The notes beneath the pieces were generated by a model, which searched no databases, had not been told where the DNA came from, and saw nothing but the letters and a program-made list of their open reading frames with translations. From assembly GCA_016873615.1 (NCBI GenBank), contig VGWX01000003.1, positions 1 through 63,963 of the forward strand: a DNA stretch of 63,963 bases, read 5' to 3'. Origin of the DNA: Nitrospira sp. (GTDB lineage Bacteria; Nitrospirota; Thermodesulfovibrionia; Thermodesulfovibrionales; SM23-35). The translations under genes were made by a program, and so were the position numbers. This document shows positions 47,229-55,713 of this stretch, one piece after another (the first letter of the stretch is position 1; each line of letters starts with the position of its first letter).

Positions 47229-47912
47229 TTATTTTCTCCCGGTTTCATTATTCAGGGCATTTGGGCTTTCATATGTCAGCGTGAATATGCTCTTTACTTT
47301 TTCCGGACGGATACCTTCATCTATAAGCTTCTTGTAAACCCGATCTCTTTTAAGAAAAGAACTTACAATTATGAAATCAGCATCGATATCCTTTATGTTT
47401 TCAAGCGGCATTACTTTGTATTTAAAGAAATCTTTGCCTGCGGGCTCTATGTCAACAATTCCTGCAAACCTTATATCAAACTCCTGCAAGGAAAGATATG
47501 CTATCTCAGCAGACTCATCTGCGCCTGCAAAAACAACGCTCTTCGCGCCATCTTTATACAGGCTGCTGAATAACTCCTTAAAATCCATTCTCGCCTCTCT
47601 GTAAAGGTTTGTGAAGTTCTGGAGATGGTGATATGTCAGCCGTGTTTTTTCTGCAAAGCCTTTTGGTGTGAGATAATAGGCATATCTTTTGGCTGGTATG
47701 GCCTTTATAGTAATATAGCCTTTTGAGACAAGATTTTTTATATATGAATTGACAAGACCGAGGGCTATGTTTAGTTTCCTGCTAAGGTCACGCTGTGACA
47801 TGGGCTCCCCTTTTGAGATTTCATCAAGGAGCAGCAGAGACTTATAAGTATCAGGAGTTTCGCTACCCCCGCCGTTCAAATTATGAACGTTCATAATTTG
47901 AACATACCACAT
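47229..47912 (-). CDS. Winged-helix transcriptional regulator with a C-terminal Rossmann-like domain
   Basis: 'MSQRDLSRKLNIALGLVNSYIKNLVSKGYI' wHTH. Its stop lies 1 nt before the NusG-paralog start. Confidence 0.6.
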   Translation of the reverse strand: MWYVQIMNVHNLNGGGSETPDTYKSLLLLDEISKGEPMSQRDLSRKLNIALGLVNSYIKNLVSKGYITIKAIPAKRYAYYLTPKGFAEKTRLTYHHLQNFTNLYREARMDFKELFSSLYKDGAKSVVFAGADESAEIAYLSLQEFDIRFAGIVDIEPAGKDFFKYKVMPLENIKDIDADFIIVSSFLKRDRVYKKLIDEGIRPEKVKSIFTLTYESPNALNNETGRK

Positions 47913-47938
47913 GCAAACTACTCTGTCAAGGGAAATTT

Positions 47939-48114
47939 TTCAGGTAGCTGTAACGCTTCAGTGAAGCGTGGATATATCCCCACTTTGGAAAAGGGGGGCA
48001 AGAGGGGATTTTTATATTATCTTGAAATCATTTAATAAAATCTCCCCTAACCCCTCTTTGCCAAAGAGGGGAATTAATTTTTTACACCTTTGACTGAAGG
48101 GATTCAGGTAGCTG
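47939..48114. mobile_element. MITE-like insertion of about 150 bp flanked by 12-bp direct repeats TTCAGGTAGCTG
   Basis: Direct repeats at 47939..47950 and 48103..48114; the latter overlaps the DUF218 stop codon. Imperfect terminal inverted repeats contain CTTCAGT/ACTGAAG. Internal G/C hairpins such as 'cccctctttgccaaagagggg'. Confidence 0.55.
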
Positions 48115-48718
48115 AATTATCCTTAAGACCGAAAACCCATAGCCAGATAAATTTGGAATACTCATCCAAAACCATTGCCCTGTCTCTTCTCCTCTTCCAC
48201 CATTCGTCAAAACTAAACCAGCTTTTTTCAGCAGGCGCACTTATTACGATTATCTTATCACCCATAATCTTACTGAATATCCTGGTTGCTCTCCTGCTGT
48301 GATAGGGAGATGTGACAAGGATGCATGATTTGTAACCATGTTTATCTAAAATCTCTTTTGTAAATCTTGCGTCTTCTTCTGTGGTTTTTGATTTATCCTC
48401 GAGTAAAATGGCGCCTTTTGGCGCTCCGAGGGATATTGCATGTTCTTTCATAAGAGACGCCCATGTGTATTTCCAGACAAGCGGACCGCCAGCTAATATT
48501 ATCCTGTCCTTTCTTGCCCATCCTTCCTTGAAGAGTTTAACGCCATATTCAACCCGCTCTGTTTCTTCACCTGCCAGTACGACTATCACATCAGCCGGTT
48601 TTATTTCATCCCTATAATATAAGTATCTGCCCGCCTTTTCTAAAATAAAACCATGCCCGACATATAGAAGGCCTATGACAAGAACAAGAGTAACTAATAT
48701 CTTAAGAAATCTAAACAT
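48104..48718 (-). CDS. DUF218 (YdcF/ElyC/SanA-like) protein with an N-terminal TM anchor
   Basis: 'VIVVLAGEETERVEYGVKLFKEGWA...ILVTSPYHSRRA'. Confidence 0.85.
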   Translation of the reverse strand: MFRFLKILVTLVLVIGLLYVGHGFILEKAGRYLYYRDEIKPADVIVVLAGEETERVEYGVKLFKEGWARKDRIILAGGPLVWKYTWASLMKEHAISLGAPKGAILLEDKSKTTEEDARFTKEILDKHGYKSCILVTSPYHSRRATRIFSKIMGDKIIVISAPAEKSWFSFDEWWKRRRDRAMVLDEYSKFIWLWVFGLKDNSAT

Positions 48719-48779
48719 TATACCTCCTGATTGTCATTATTTATTTAAAGATTAAAACGCAGGAGGGAATTATCTTTGC

Positions 48780-48803
48780 GCGGATTTTTTTGCCGATAGT
48801 CAA
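48780..48803. repeat. Dispersed 24-nt motif GCGGATTTTTTTGC(A/C)GATAGTCAA, copy 2
   Basis: 23/24 identical to 12284..12307. The flanking 11 nt are also similar. Confidence 0.7.
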
Positions 48804-48852
48804 TAAGTCTACTTATAGTCTGTGTATAAACTGCATGATTCACTGAAAATGT

Positions 48853-48930
48853 TGTCATTCCCGCAAGTGAAGCGCGTCGGGAATCCTTCCTTAAAGCCAT
48901 CGAAAAGATTCCGGACAAGCCGGAATGACA
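48853..48930. repeat. Nested palindromic repeat (TGTCATTCC...GGAATGACA) with two internal hairpins and an AGTGAAGCG loop
   Basis: 'tgtcattcccgcaagtgaagcgcgtcgggaat...attccggacaagccggaatgaca'. Confidence 0.7.
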
Positions 48931-49010
48931 ATACCTCACTAATAATAGGGCTTTATATAACACCACTTGATTATGAGACACTACGCTATTCGTCATGCTT
49001 ATAATAGGCA

Positions 49011-50393
49011 CTATCCATTTCCTTTACTTATATACCATCTAAGCATTTTAATCCCTGCCATTGCCTTTCTAACAAATTCTTTCATGTCTCTAATCTCTTT
49101 AATCCTTTCCCATATATACCATGGACTCAGATAAAATCTTCCGTGAGCCTCTCTTAAAATCCTGTTCAATCTGTCCTCATCCCAGTTTTCATTTATTATA
49201 GCGGGTCTCTTTATATCTTTATCCATCGGGTTTTGAGCATCCACCTCTCTATACCAGCCCATCTCAATTGCAGCATCGTAAAGTTTTGTGCCCGGCACAG
49301 GCGAAAGAACGCTGAACTGAGCATATGCAGGTTTTATTTCCTTTGCAAAGTCTATTGTCCTGAGTTCATCTTCATACGTTTCAACCGGAATCCCCAAAAC
49401 AAAATATGCCATAGGCCTTATGCCGGCCCTTTTTGTCAACTCAAATGCATTTCTTATCTGTTCAACTGTTGTGCCCTTATTCAGATAATCAAGCCCTTTC
49501 TGGTTCCCGCTCTCAACCCCATAGGCTATCATCGAACATCCTGCTTTCTTCATCAAGGTGAGAGTCTCTTTGTCTGCCAGGTTTACCCTGCCCTCGCACT
49601 TCCATTCAATCTTAAGTTCCCTGTCAATTATTCCCCGGCATATCTCCAGGACTCTCTTTTTATCAAACGTGAACAAATCGTCATAAAATATTATTGAGTC
49701 AATTCCGTGCTCTCTTCTTACAAGTTCTATTTCGTCAAGAACATTTGCCGCGCTCCTCGCCCTCCACTTTGAGCCGAAAACAGCTTTATCGCAGAACACA
49801 CAATGGTATGGACATCCTCTTGATGTAAACATCGTTGTAACTTTTCCTGAAGATAATATATATCTGTATCTATCATTCGGCAGCAGATGCCTTGCAGGGA
49901 AAGGTATGCTGTCAAGATTGTCTATTAATGAAGAGGGCAGATTGCTGAAATCCCTTGTAATAAGTCCCGGAACACTGGTTATATCTTTGTTGCGATCCAA
50001 AGCTTCTGCCAGAAGCGGGAAACTGATTTCACCCTCTCCCTGTATTACATAGTCCACATCAGGACATTGCTCAAATACCCTGCTGCCTGCAACAGATACG
50101 TGAGGGCCGCCCATGATTATATGCCGGGCATATTTTCTTGCTATATTTGCAGCCCTGTATGCATTATCTATTACAGGCGTCATGCCTGTAATAGCGACAG
50201 CGTCGGAAGGATATGACTTTATTCTTTCTTCAAGAGAATTAAAATCAAGCATCTCAGCAAAGGCATCAACAACACAAACCTTGTGTCCCTTACTTTCCAG
50301 TACAGCGGCAAGATACGCTATGCCCAGGGGAGGAACAACAATATCTTCCCTAACGAGTAGCCTTGGCGGAGGCTGTATAAGAAGCACTTTCAT
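49011..50393 (-). CDS. B12-binding-domain radical SAM protein
   Basis: N-terminal cobalamin-binding domain and 'CPYHCVFC' cluster. Confidence 0.85.
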   Translation of the reverse strand: MKVLLIQPPPRLLVREDIVVPPLGIAYLAAVLESKGHKVCVVDAFAEMLDFNSLEERIKSYPSDAVAITGMTPVIDNAYRAANIARKYARHIIMGGPHVSVAGSRVFEQCPDVDYVIQGEGEISFPLLAEALDRNKDITSVPGLITRDFSNLPSSLIDNLDSIPFPARHLLPNDRYRYILSSGKVTTMFTSRGCPYHCVFCDKAVFGSKWRARSAANVLDEIELVRREHGIDSIIFYDDLFTFDKKRVLEICRGIIDRELKIEWKCEGRVNLADKETLTLMKKAGCSMIAYGVESGNQKGLDYLNKGTTVEQIRNAFELTKRAGIRPMAYFVLGIPVETYEDELRTIDFAKEIKPAYAQFSVLSPVPGTKLYDAAIEMGWYREVDAQNPMDKDIKRPAIINENWDEDRLNRILREAHGRFYLSPWYIWERIKEIRDMKEFVRKAMAGIKMLRWYISKGNG

Positions 50394-50403
50394 GGATCTA
50401 CCA

Positions 50404-51429
50404 TCATTCCTTTAACGCAATCTCCGCAGCGCTTATCCTGAATTTTTTTAGCCATAAAGCAAATTCTTTGGCGCCGGCATGTTTAATCCTTGTCATTTTC
50501 AGTCTTTTCCTTATCATCCCATGCAATCCCAGCGCTGCATCAAAATACGCTTTTATAAAAATACCGGCAAGCATTAAAAATGAGCGCTCCTCGGTAAACC
50601 TTCCTGCTGCTCCCTTTCCGGTCAGTGCGCCATAGAGCTGCAGTATCCATCTTAATACTGTATAAAAAGGACTAAGCAGTATATATCTCAACGGAAAATA
50701 TTTTATTAGGACCCACAATCTGTTTCTTTCTACGAGATATGCCTTCAATGGTGAATATTTTCCGCTTGCAGCAGATGAATGGTGGTAGACAACGGACTTC
50801 GGAACATAAATGCACTTCCAGCCTGCAATTCTTGCTTTGATCCCTAAATCAGTATCGTCTCCATATGCAAAAAAATCAGGGTCAAAAAAACCGACAATGT
50901 CCAGCATTGCTTTGCGATATATGGCAGCGCAGCCACTCGGAAAAAAAACTTCCTCTTCCTTGTCATATTGTCCTTTATCCTTTTCTCCCTTGCCGCGCCC
51001 CCTGTTCAGACCATCGGGATATATGAGATGGCCGGCTGTATCTATAATCTCACGGTCATCATAAAAAAGTATCTTGCTTGCCCACATGCCGAATGTCCCA
51101 TCGCATCTATTAACCGCAGACATAAATTCCTCTATCCATCTCCTGTCTGCAACAGCATCATTGTTAAGAAGTGCAATAAACTCTCCTTTCGTATAATCCA
51201 ATGCCAGATTATTCCCTCCGGCAAAACCAAGGTTGGCATTACTTTCAATAAGCTTGATCTTCGATGAATATTTTTCTTTTAATATTTCCAGCGAACTGTC
51301 AATGGATGCGTTGTCAACAACGATAATCTCCAAAGGCTCATAGGTCTGATCAAGAACAGAATCAAGGCATTCTTCTATATAATCTTTACCATTATAATTA
51401 AGAATTATTACTGAGATTAATGAACCCAT
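50404..51429 (-). CDS. Family 2 glycosyltransferase (rhamnosyltransferase-like)
   Basis: 'ISVIILNYNGKDYIEECLDSV', 'VDNASIDSS', 'LNNDAV', 'DDTDLG'. Confidence 0.88.
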   Translation of the reverse strand: MGSLISVIILNYNGKDYIEECLDSVLDQTYEPLEIIVVDNASIDSSLEILKEKYSSKIKLIESNANLGFAGGNNLALDYTKGEFIALLNNDAVADRRWIEEFMSAVNRCDGTFGMWASKILFYDDREIIDTAGHLIYPDGLNRGRGKGEKDKGQYDKEEEVFFPSGCAAIYRKAMLDIVGFFDPDFFAYGDDTDLGIKARIAGWKCIYVPKSVVYHHSSAASGKYSPLKAYLVERNRLWVLIKYFPLRYILLSPFYTVLRWILQLYGALTGKGAAGRFTEERSFLMLAGIFIKAYFDAALGLHGMIRKRLKMTRIKHAGAKEFALWLKKFRISAAEIALKE

Positions 51430-51489
51430 TACACGGTACTCCCGAAATCTCCATCTAAAGAACAGGGCGTTTCTAAATAGGCTTAAGGA

Positions 51490-51912
51490 TTAAAAGGTCC
51501 TGTTATTATTGCAGTCTATCCGAAATGTATCTCCAGCCACTCTTGTGCCTGTATTTCCAAATGCACTCGCTCTGAAACAGGGAACTTGAGCAGCGCCGCC
51601 AAGATTTATGTCATGTTCTAAGCAATAGCTGAAGCTCAATCCACTGCCTGGATTAAACCCCCGGAGTAGAGCACGTATAGCAGCAATATTGTCATTATTG
51701 GCTGCACATGTTCCGGCCGCAGCAGTATAATCGCTGTTTTCAGCAAAAAATTGCTCTTCAAGCAGTCTTAAATTCTGGAGGTTAGAGTATGCCTCTGTTC
51801 TTGCAGCTCCCTTCTGCTGGCCAAGATAAGCAGGGACTCCAATCATCGCGAGAATACCAATAATGGCAACAACTATTATAAGTTCTATTAAGGTAACTCC
51901 TTTTTTATTCAT
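51490..51912 (-). CDS. Type IV pilin / prepilin with N-terminal methylation motif
   Basis: 'MNKKG|VTLIELIIVVAIIGILA'. Four Cys in the C-terminal half. Confidence 0.85.
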   Translation of the reverse strand: MNKKGVTLIELIIVVAIIGILAMIGVPAYLGQQKGAARTEAYSNLQNLRLLEEQFFAENSDYTAAAGTCAANNDNIAAIRALLRGFNPGSGLSFSYCLEHDINLGGAAQVPCFRASAFGNTGTRVAGDTFRIDCNNNRTF

Positions 51913-51953
51913 AAGATCCTCCTGTACGAAATGATTCATAAAAATATATTACA

Positions 51954-53762
51954 CTATTTTACAGCCATGTTTTTTGATTTTTTGTAGGCGTCAATTGCCT
52001 TAGCCGTGTCCCCCTTTTCCCGGTGGGCAACAGCCAGGTTGTAATAAACGTCTTTATCTTCCTTTATCCTGAGCGCCCGCTCAAAGACGTCTATTGCCCG
52101 GTCAAGCTGGCCTGTCCTTAAATATAACACTCCAAGGTTATTATATGGCGCCGTGGCGTCAGGGTAAAGCCTTATTGCCTCTTTAAAAGCCTCAGCCGCC
52201 TTTTCGTTTTCTCCAAGCTTGCCGTATGTCCGCCCGAGTTTATTCAGTGTATCCAGCCTGACTTTTCTGGAAAAATCGCTTTTAAGCGCAGCCTCAAGGT
52301 ACACAATGGCCTTATCATAATCTTTGCGGTCAAAGGAGATATCTCCAAGATGTAAAAAAATTTCCGGATAGGCTTGTCCAAAGGACATTGCTTTTTCAAA
52401 TAGCTCAATCGCCTTATCATGCTCTCCCCTCTTTTTATATACAATCCCGAGGCTTGCATAAGCTCTCGCGTTATTCGGCGCCTTTGCTATTACATCCATC
52501 CAGAGAGATTCCTCTGACGCCCACGCAGTATTTCGCTGATATGTAAACACCGAAAGGATTAAAACAAGGGCTGCTATCACGGTTATTTTCACTTTCTGCA
52601 CCGAAATTGTCTTGTCAAAGAACGCCGTCAGTGCGAGGAAAAATCCTATCGAAGGCAGATAGACCCTGTGTTCCAAAATGACATCCCTTATCGGAATAAT
52701 GCTCGACTCAACAGTGAGCGTCAGGAAAAACCAGACTATACCAAACGACATAAGTCTGTATTTTTTAAATAACAACAGGGCGGATGCGAACAGCAATGCC
52801 AGGAAAGCAAATGACATGATCACATCTACAGAAAAAAATGTTCTGGAAACAGAATAGTCATAGTCAAGATGCTGTCTTACCGGCAATACGAGCAGCCTCA
52901 AATAAGTGGTTATCACTCTGAACTGCGTATAGAGGTACTCTGCCCTGGTAAGTGTTACCCCGGTATCTTTTGTAATATTATCGAAGTTCTCGGCTATCTC
53001 ATCAACAGATTTTGAAGCAGTCACATCGAGCATACTCAGGGGAATGATCAGAAGCGTTAGAAACAGGGGTATAATATATATAATTCTTTGTTTAATTTTC
53101 CGCTTGTTATCAAAAAAATATATCTCGCAGAGCAATATGGCAAATGGCAGGGTAAAGGCGATCTCCTTTGTCTTCATCGCACAGACGGCAAAGAAAACAG
53201 ACAGTAAGTAATAGCCGAGGTGTCACCGGGATGAGAAGTTTTCTGTTTCAATAAAATCAAGTCTTGCCTTGACATAAAAGATGATCGAAAGCAGGTAAAA
53301 AAAGGTTGCCAGAGACGCAAATCGCTGAGCAATATACGTTACTGCCTGTGTCTGGATCGGGTGGGCTAAAAAGATGAAGGCTGTTGCCATGGCAACGAAC
53401 CCTGACGAAAGCCTTGTCCCCGATAAGGCCGGCGTCATAAATGTCAGTGTGATGAGGTAATATACGAGAAGTGCGTTTGCAGCATGTATCAGCACATTTG
53501 TAACATGATAGCCAAAGGGAATGAGTCCGGCAACTGCATAGTTAACAGAAAAACTCAACTGCCCAAGAGACCTGTTGTCTGAAACAGCGACTAACGCATT
53601 CCTGAGACTTTTAATGGTTGAGTTATAAACTATAGACGAATTGTCGTCAAAGACAAATGGGGCATTGAAGATATTTGAATAAATAATTACGCCAAGAAAA
53701 AATATACATACAAGTCCAAGGGAAACGAGCGCTGTTCTTTGATTATCGCCGAACTTACTCAT
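51954..53762 (-). pseudogene. TMTC/PMT-like GT-C glycosyltransferase (DUF1736-type membrane domain + C-terminal TPR array), interrupted by one in-frame TGA at 53223..53225
   Basis: ORFs 53223..53762 and 51954..53177 share a frame. The 45 nt between them are open ('...ENFSSR*HLGYYLLSVFFAVCAMKTKEIAF...'). N-terminal 'FVFDDNSSIV' is the GT-C DD motif, 'KEIAFTLPFAILL' is DUF1736-like, and about eight TPRs follow. Confidence 0.7.
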
Positions 53763-53847
53763 TTTTTATATTATTCTCTTTGCCGAAGTTGAAAATAAAA
53801 CACCGGGGAGCAATCAGACTTCCCATGCAAGAAGAATATACCACATA

Positions 53848-54357
53848 TTAGTCAGCGCTTATAGTCTTGCTGAGTATTACTGCATTATTACTATCATCTG
53901 TCGCTATAAGAGTAATATTACCAGTAGGAGAGGCCTGTGCACAAGAAATCTGTCCTGCTGCCGGAGCATTAGTCCAGAGCACGATATTTCTCCATGGCGA
54001 TTTGAGACATCTACCTGCTGTAGCGTTACAAGTATTCTGTGAAGTTATATATGTTGCGCAAATACCTGCAGCTGCCAACTGGGCATTTGTCAGGTCTACG
54101 CCTGAGACTATGACACCGTTACCATTGGTATCTGTTTCTGTTAAATCAGCGGCAATACCTGATTTTGTAGCCGAGTGAAGCCATGCCTGGAGTTCAGGCT
54201 CTGCTGCTGAGGCTGCCCTTATCATCGCACCCTTCTTTGACCTCTCCTGCATGCCGAGATAGCCGGGGATTGCAATTGCTGCCAGGATGCCGATGATCGC
54301 GACAACGATCAGAAGTTCGATAAGGGTAAAACCTTTCTGCTCATTCAAATTACTCAT
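53848..54357 (-). CDS. Type IV pilin (tandem paralog 1)
   Basis: 'MSNLNEQKG|FTLIELLIVVAIIGILAAIAIPGY'. Confidence 0.9.
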   Translation of the reverse strand: MSNLNEQKGFTLIELLIVVAIIGILAAIAIPGYLGMQERSKKGAMIRAASAAEPELQAWLHSATKSGIAADLTETDTNGNGVIVSGVDLTNAQLAAAGICATYITSQNTCNATAGRCLKSPWRNIVLWTNAPAAGQISCAQASPTGNITLIATDDSNNAVILSKTISAD

Positions 54358-54373
54358 TTTTTATCAGTATTTA

Positions 54374-54409
54374 AGAAAAAATGCCGGGGAGCCTTCAGGA
54401 CTCCCCGGC
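54374..54409 (-). terminator. Rho-independent terminator or attenuator after pilin paralog 2
   Basis: 9-bp GC stem GCCGGGGAG / CTCCCCGGC with a 9-nt loop, followed on the minus strand by AUUUUUU. Confidence 0.7.
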
Positions 54410-54433
54410 GAAAATAAAAACTATCGGAACTAT

Positions 54434-54931
54434 TTAGTCGGAAGTTATAGTCTTCTGGTGTATAGGTACATTACCAAAATCTCTCGCTTCAAGAGCAATG
54501 GCACCAACAGCAGAGGCCTGTGTACAAGAAATCTTTCCTGCCGTCGGAACAAGAGCCCAGAGCTCGGTATTTTCCCATGGCGATTTGAGATTTCTGGCTG
54601 GAGGCGGATCATTCTGTGAATCTACATATGTTGCGCAAACACCTGCAGCTGCCAACTGGGCATTTGTCAGGTCGGTACCTGATACAATGACCCCGTTTCC
54701 ATCGGTATCATTTTCTGTTAAGTTAGCGCCGATCCCTGACTTTAATGCGGAGTTGAGCCATGCCTGGAGTTCAGGCTCTGCTGCTGAGGCTGCCCTTATA
54801 ATCGCACCCTTCTTTGATCTTTCCTGCATTCCGAGATAGCCTGGAATTGCTATTGCTGCAAGGATACCGATGATTGCAACGACTATGAGCAATTCAATCA
54901 GGGTGAAACCTTTTTCTTCTCTGACCTTCAT
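54434..54931 (-). CDS. Type IV pilin (tandem paralog 2)
   Basis: 'MKVREEKG|FTLIELLIVVAIIGILAAIAIPGY'. About 70% identical to paralog 1, diverging in the C-terminal third. Confidence 0.9.
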   Translation of the reverse strand: MKVREEKGFTLIELLIVVAIIGILAAIAIPGYLGMQERSKKGAIIRAASAAEPELQAWLNSALKSGIGANLTENDTDGNGVIVSGTDLTNAQLAAAGVCATYVDSQNDPPPARNLKSPWENTELWALVPTAGKISCTQASAVGAIALEARDFGNVPIHQKTITSD

Positions 54932-55088
54932 CTTGTGAATTGTCTGAAACATTTCAACCTCCTTTTTTTAATTTAATATCAGCCTTTAGTATTCAGCAAT
55001 ACTGACTCAGTTTGCTGTCTACTGCCTGCTACCTGCTGTTTACTGAATTGTCACATCACCTCCTTTAATTTTTCCTTAGTATATCTAT

Positions 55089-55105
55089 ATGCAATCTGTA
55101 TGCCA
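55089..55105 (-). promoter_or_regulatory. Sigma-54 (-24/-12) promoter candidate TGGCATACAGATTGCAT
   Basis: TGGCAT-N5-TTGCA on the minus strand, about 140-160 nt upstream of pilin paralog 2. Confidence 0.6.
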
Positions 55106-55235
55106 AATTGCCATGAAAATTTTCACAATGAAAATAATAACTCTTAATCAACAAGTTAGGAATATTTCACTTCCGTAAACCAAAAGTTTAAAAGAGGGGG
55201 AGTAATGACTCTTTAATCTATATTAAGTCTTTTTA

Positions 55236-55252
55236 CTGACAAAAATTGTCAG
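55236..55252. promoter_or_regulatory. Perfect palindrome CTGACA-N5-TGTCAG; candidate enhancer-binding-protein site
   Basis: Centred about 140 bp upstream of the sigma-54-type promoter. Confidence 0.4.
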
Positions 55253-55278
55253 CCAACATCTGCATACGATAGCCCTTA

Positions 55279-55713
55279 TTATTCCCAGCTCGTAACATCA
55301 CTATTTTCTTTTTCTCCGCCTGTAGATCCATCAGCTCCATAAGATATAAGGTCATAATCTCCATGTGTGCCGGGAGATTCATAGTGATAAGGTCTTTTCC
55401 AGGGATCATTCGGAACTGCTTTCTTCAGGTACGGTCCGTCCCATCCCGGCGCTCCGGGATCGGTTAAGAGGGCATTCAGTCCTTCTGATGTTGTAGGATA
55501 TCTGCCTGTATCAAGCCTGAACTGATCAAGACCCTGGCCGAGCATCTCTATCTGAGTCTTGGCGGCTTTTTGATTAGCCATTCCGACTTTCCCGAAAATC
55601 TGCGGACCCACAAGCGCTGCAAGCAGACCGAGAATGACCATAACGACAATAAGCTCCACAAGAGTAAATCCCCTTTGACCTCTCAGACGTTCAAACTTTA
55701 CTTCATTCTCCAT
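55279..55713 (-). CDS. gspG: Type II secretion system major pseudopilin GspG
   Basis: 'RG|FTLVELIVVMVILGLLAALVGPQ' and 'DPWKRPYHYESPGTHGDYDLISYGADG'. Confidence 0.88.
   Translation of the reverse strand: MENEVKFERLRGQRGFTLVELIVVMVILGLLAALVGPQIFGKVGMANQKAAKTQIEMLGQGLDQFRLDTGRYPTTSEGLNALLTDPGAPGWDGPYLKKAVPNDPWKRPYHYESPGTHGDYDLISYGADGSTGGEKENSDVTSWE

Noticed and set aside
53223-53225. In-frame TGA as a selenocysteine codon, or genome-wide TGA reassignment.
   Set aside because: No SECIS-like stem-loop is evident in the 40-50 nt downstream on the coding strand. The position is a membrane-domain linker, not a redox motif. TGA terminates several other well-defined genes here, for example at 32882, 34306 and 48104.
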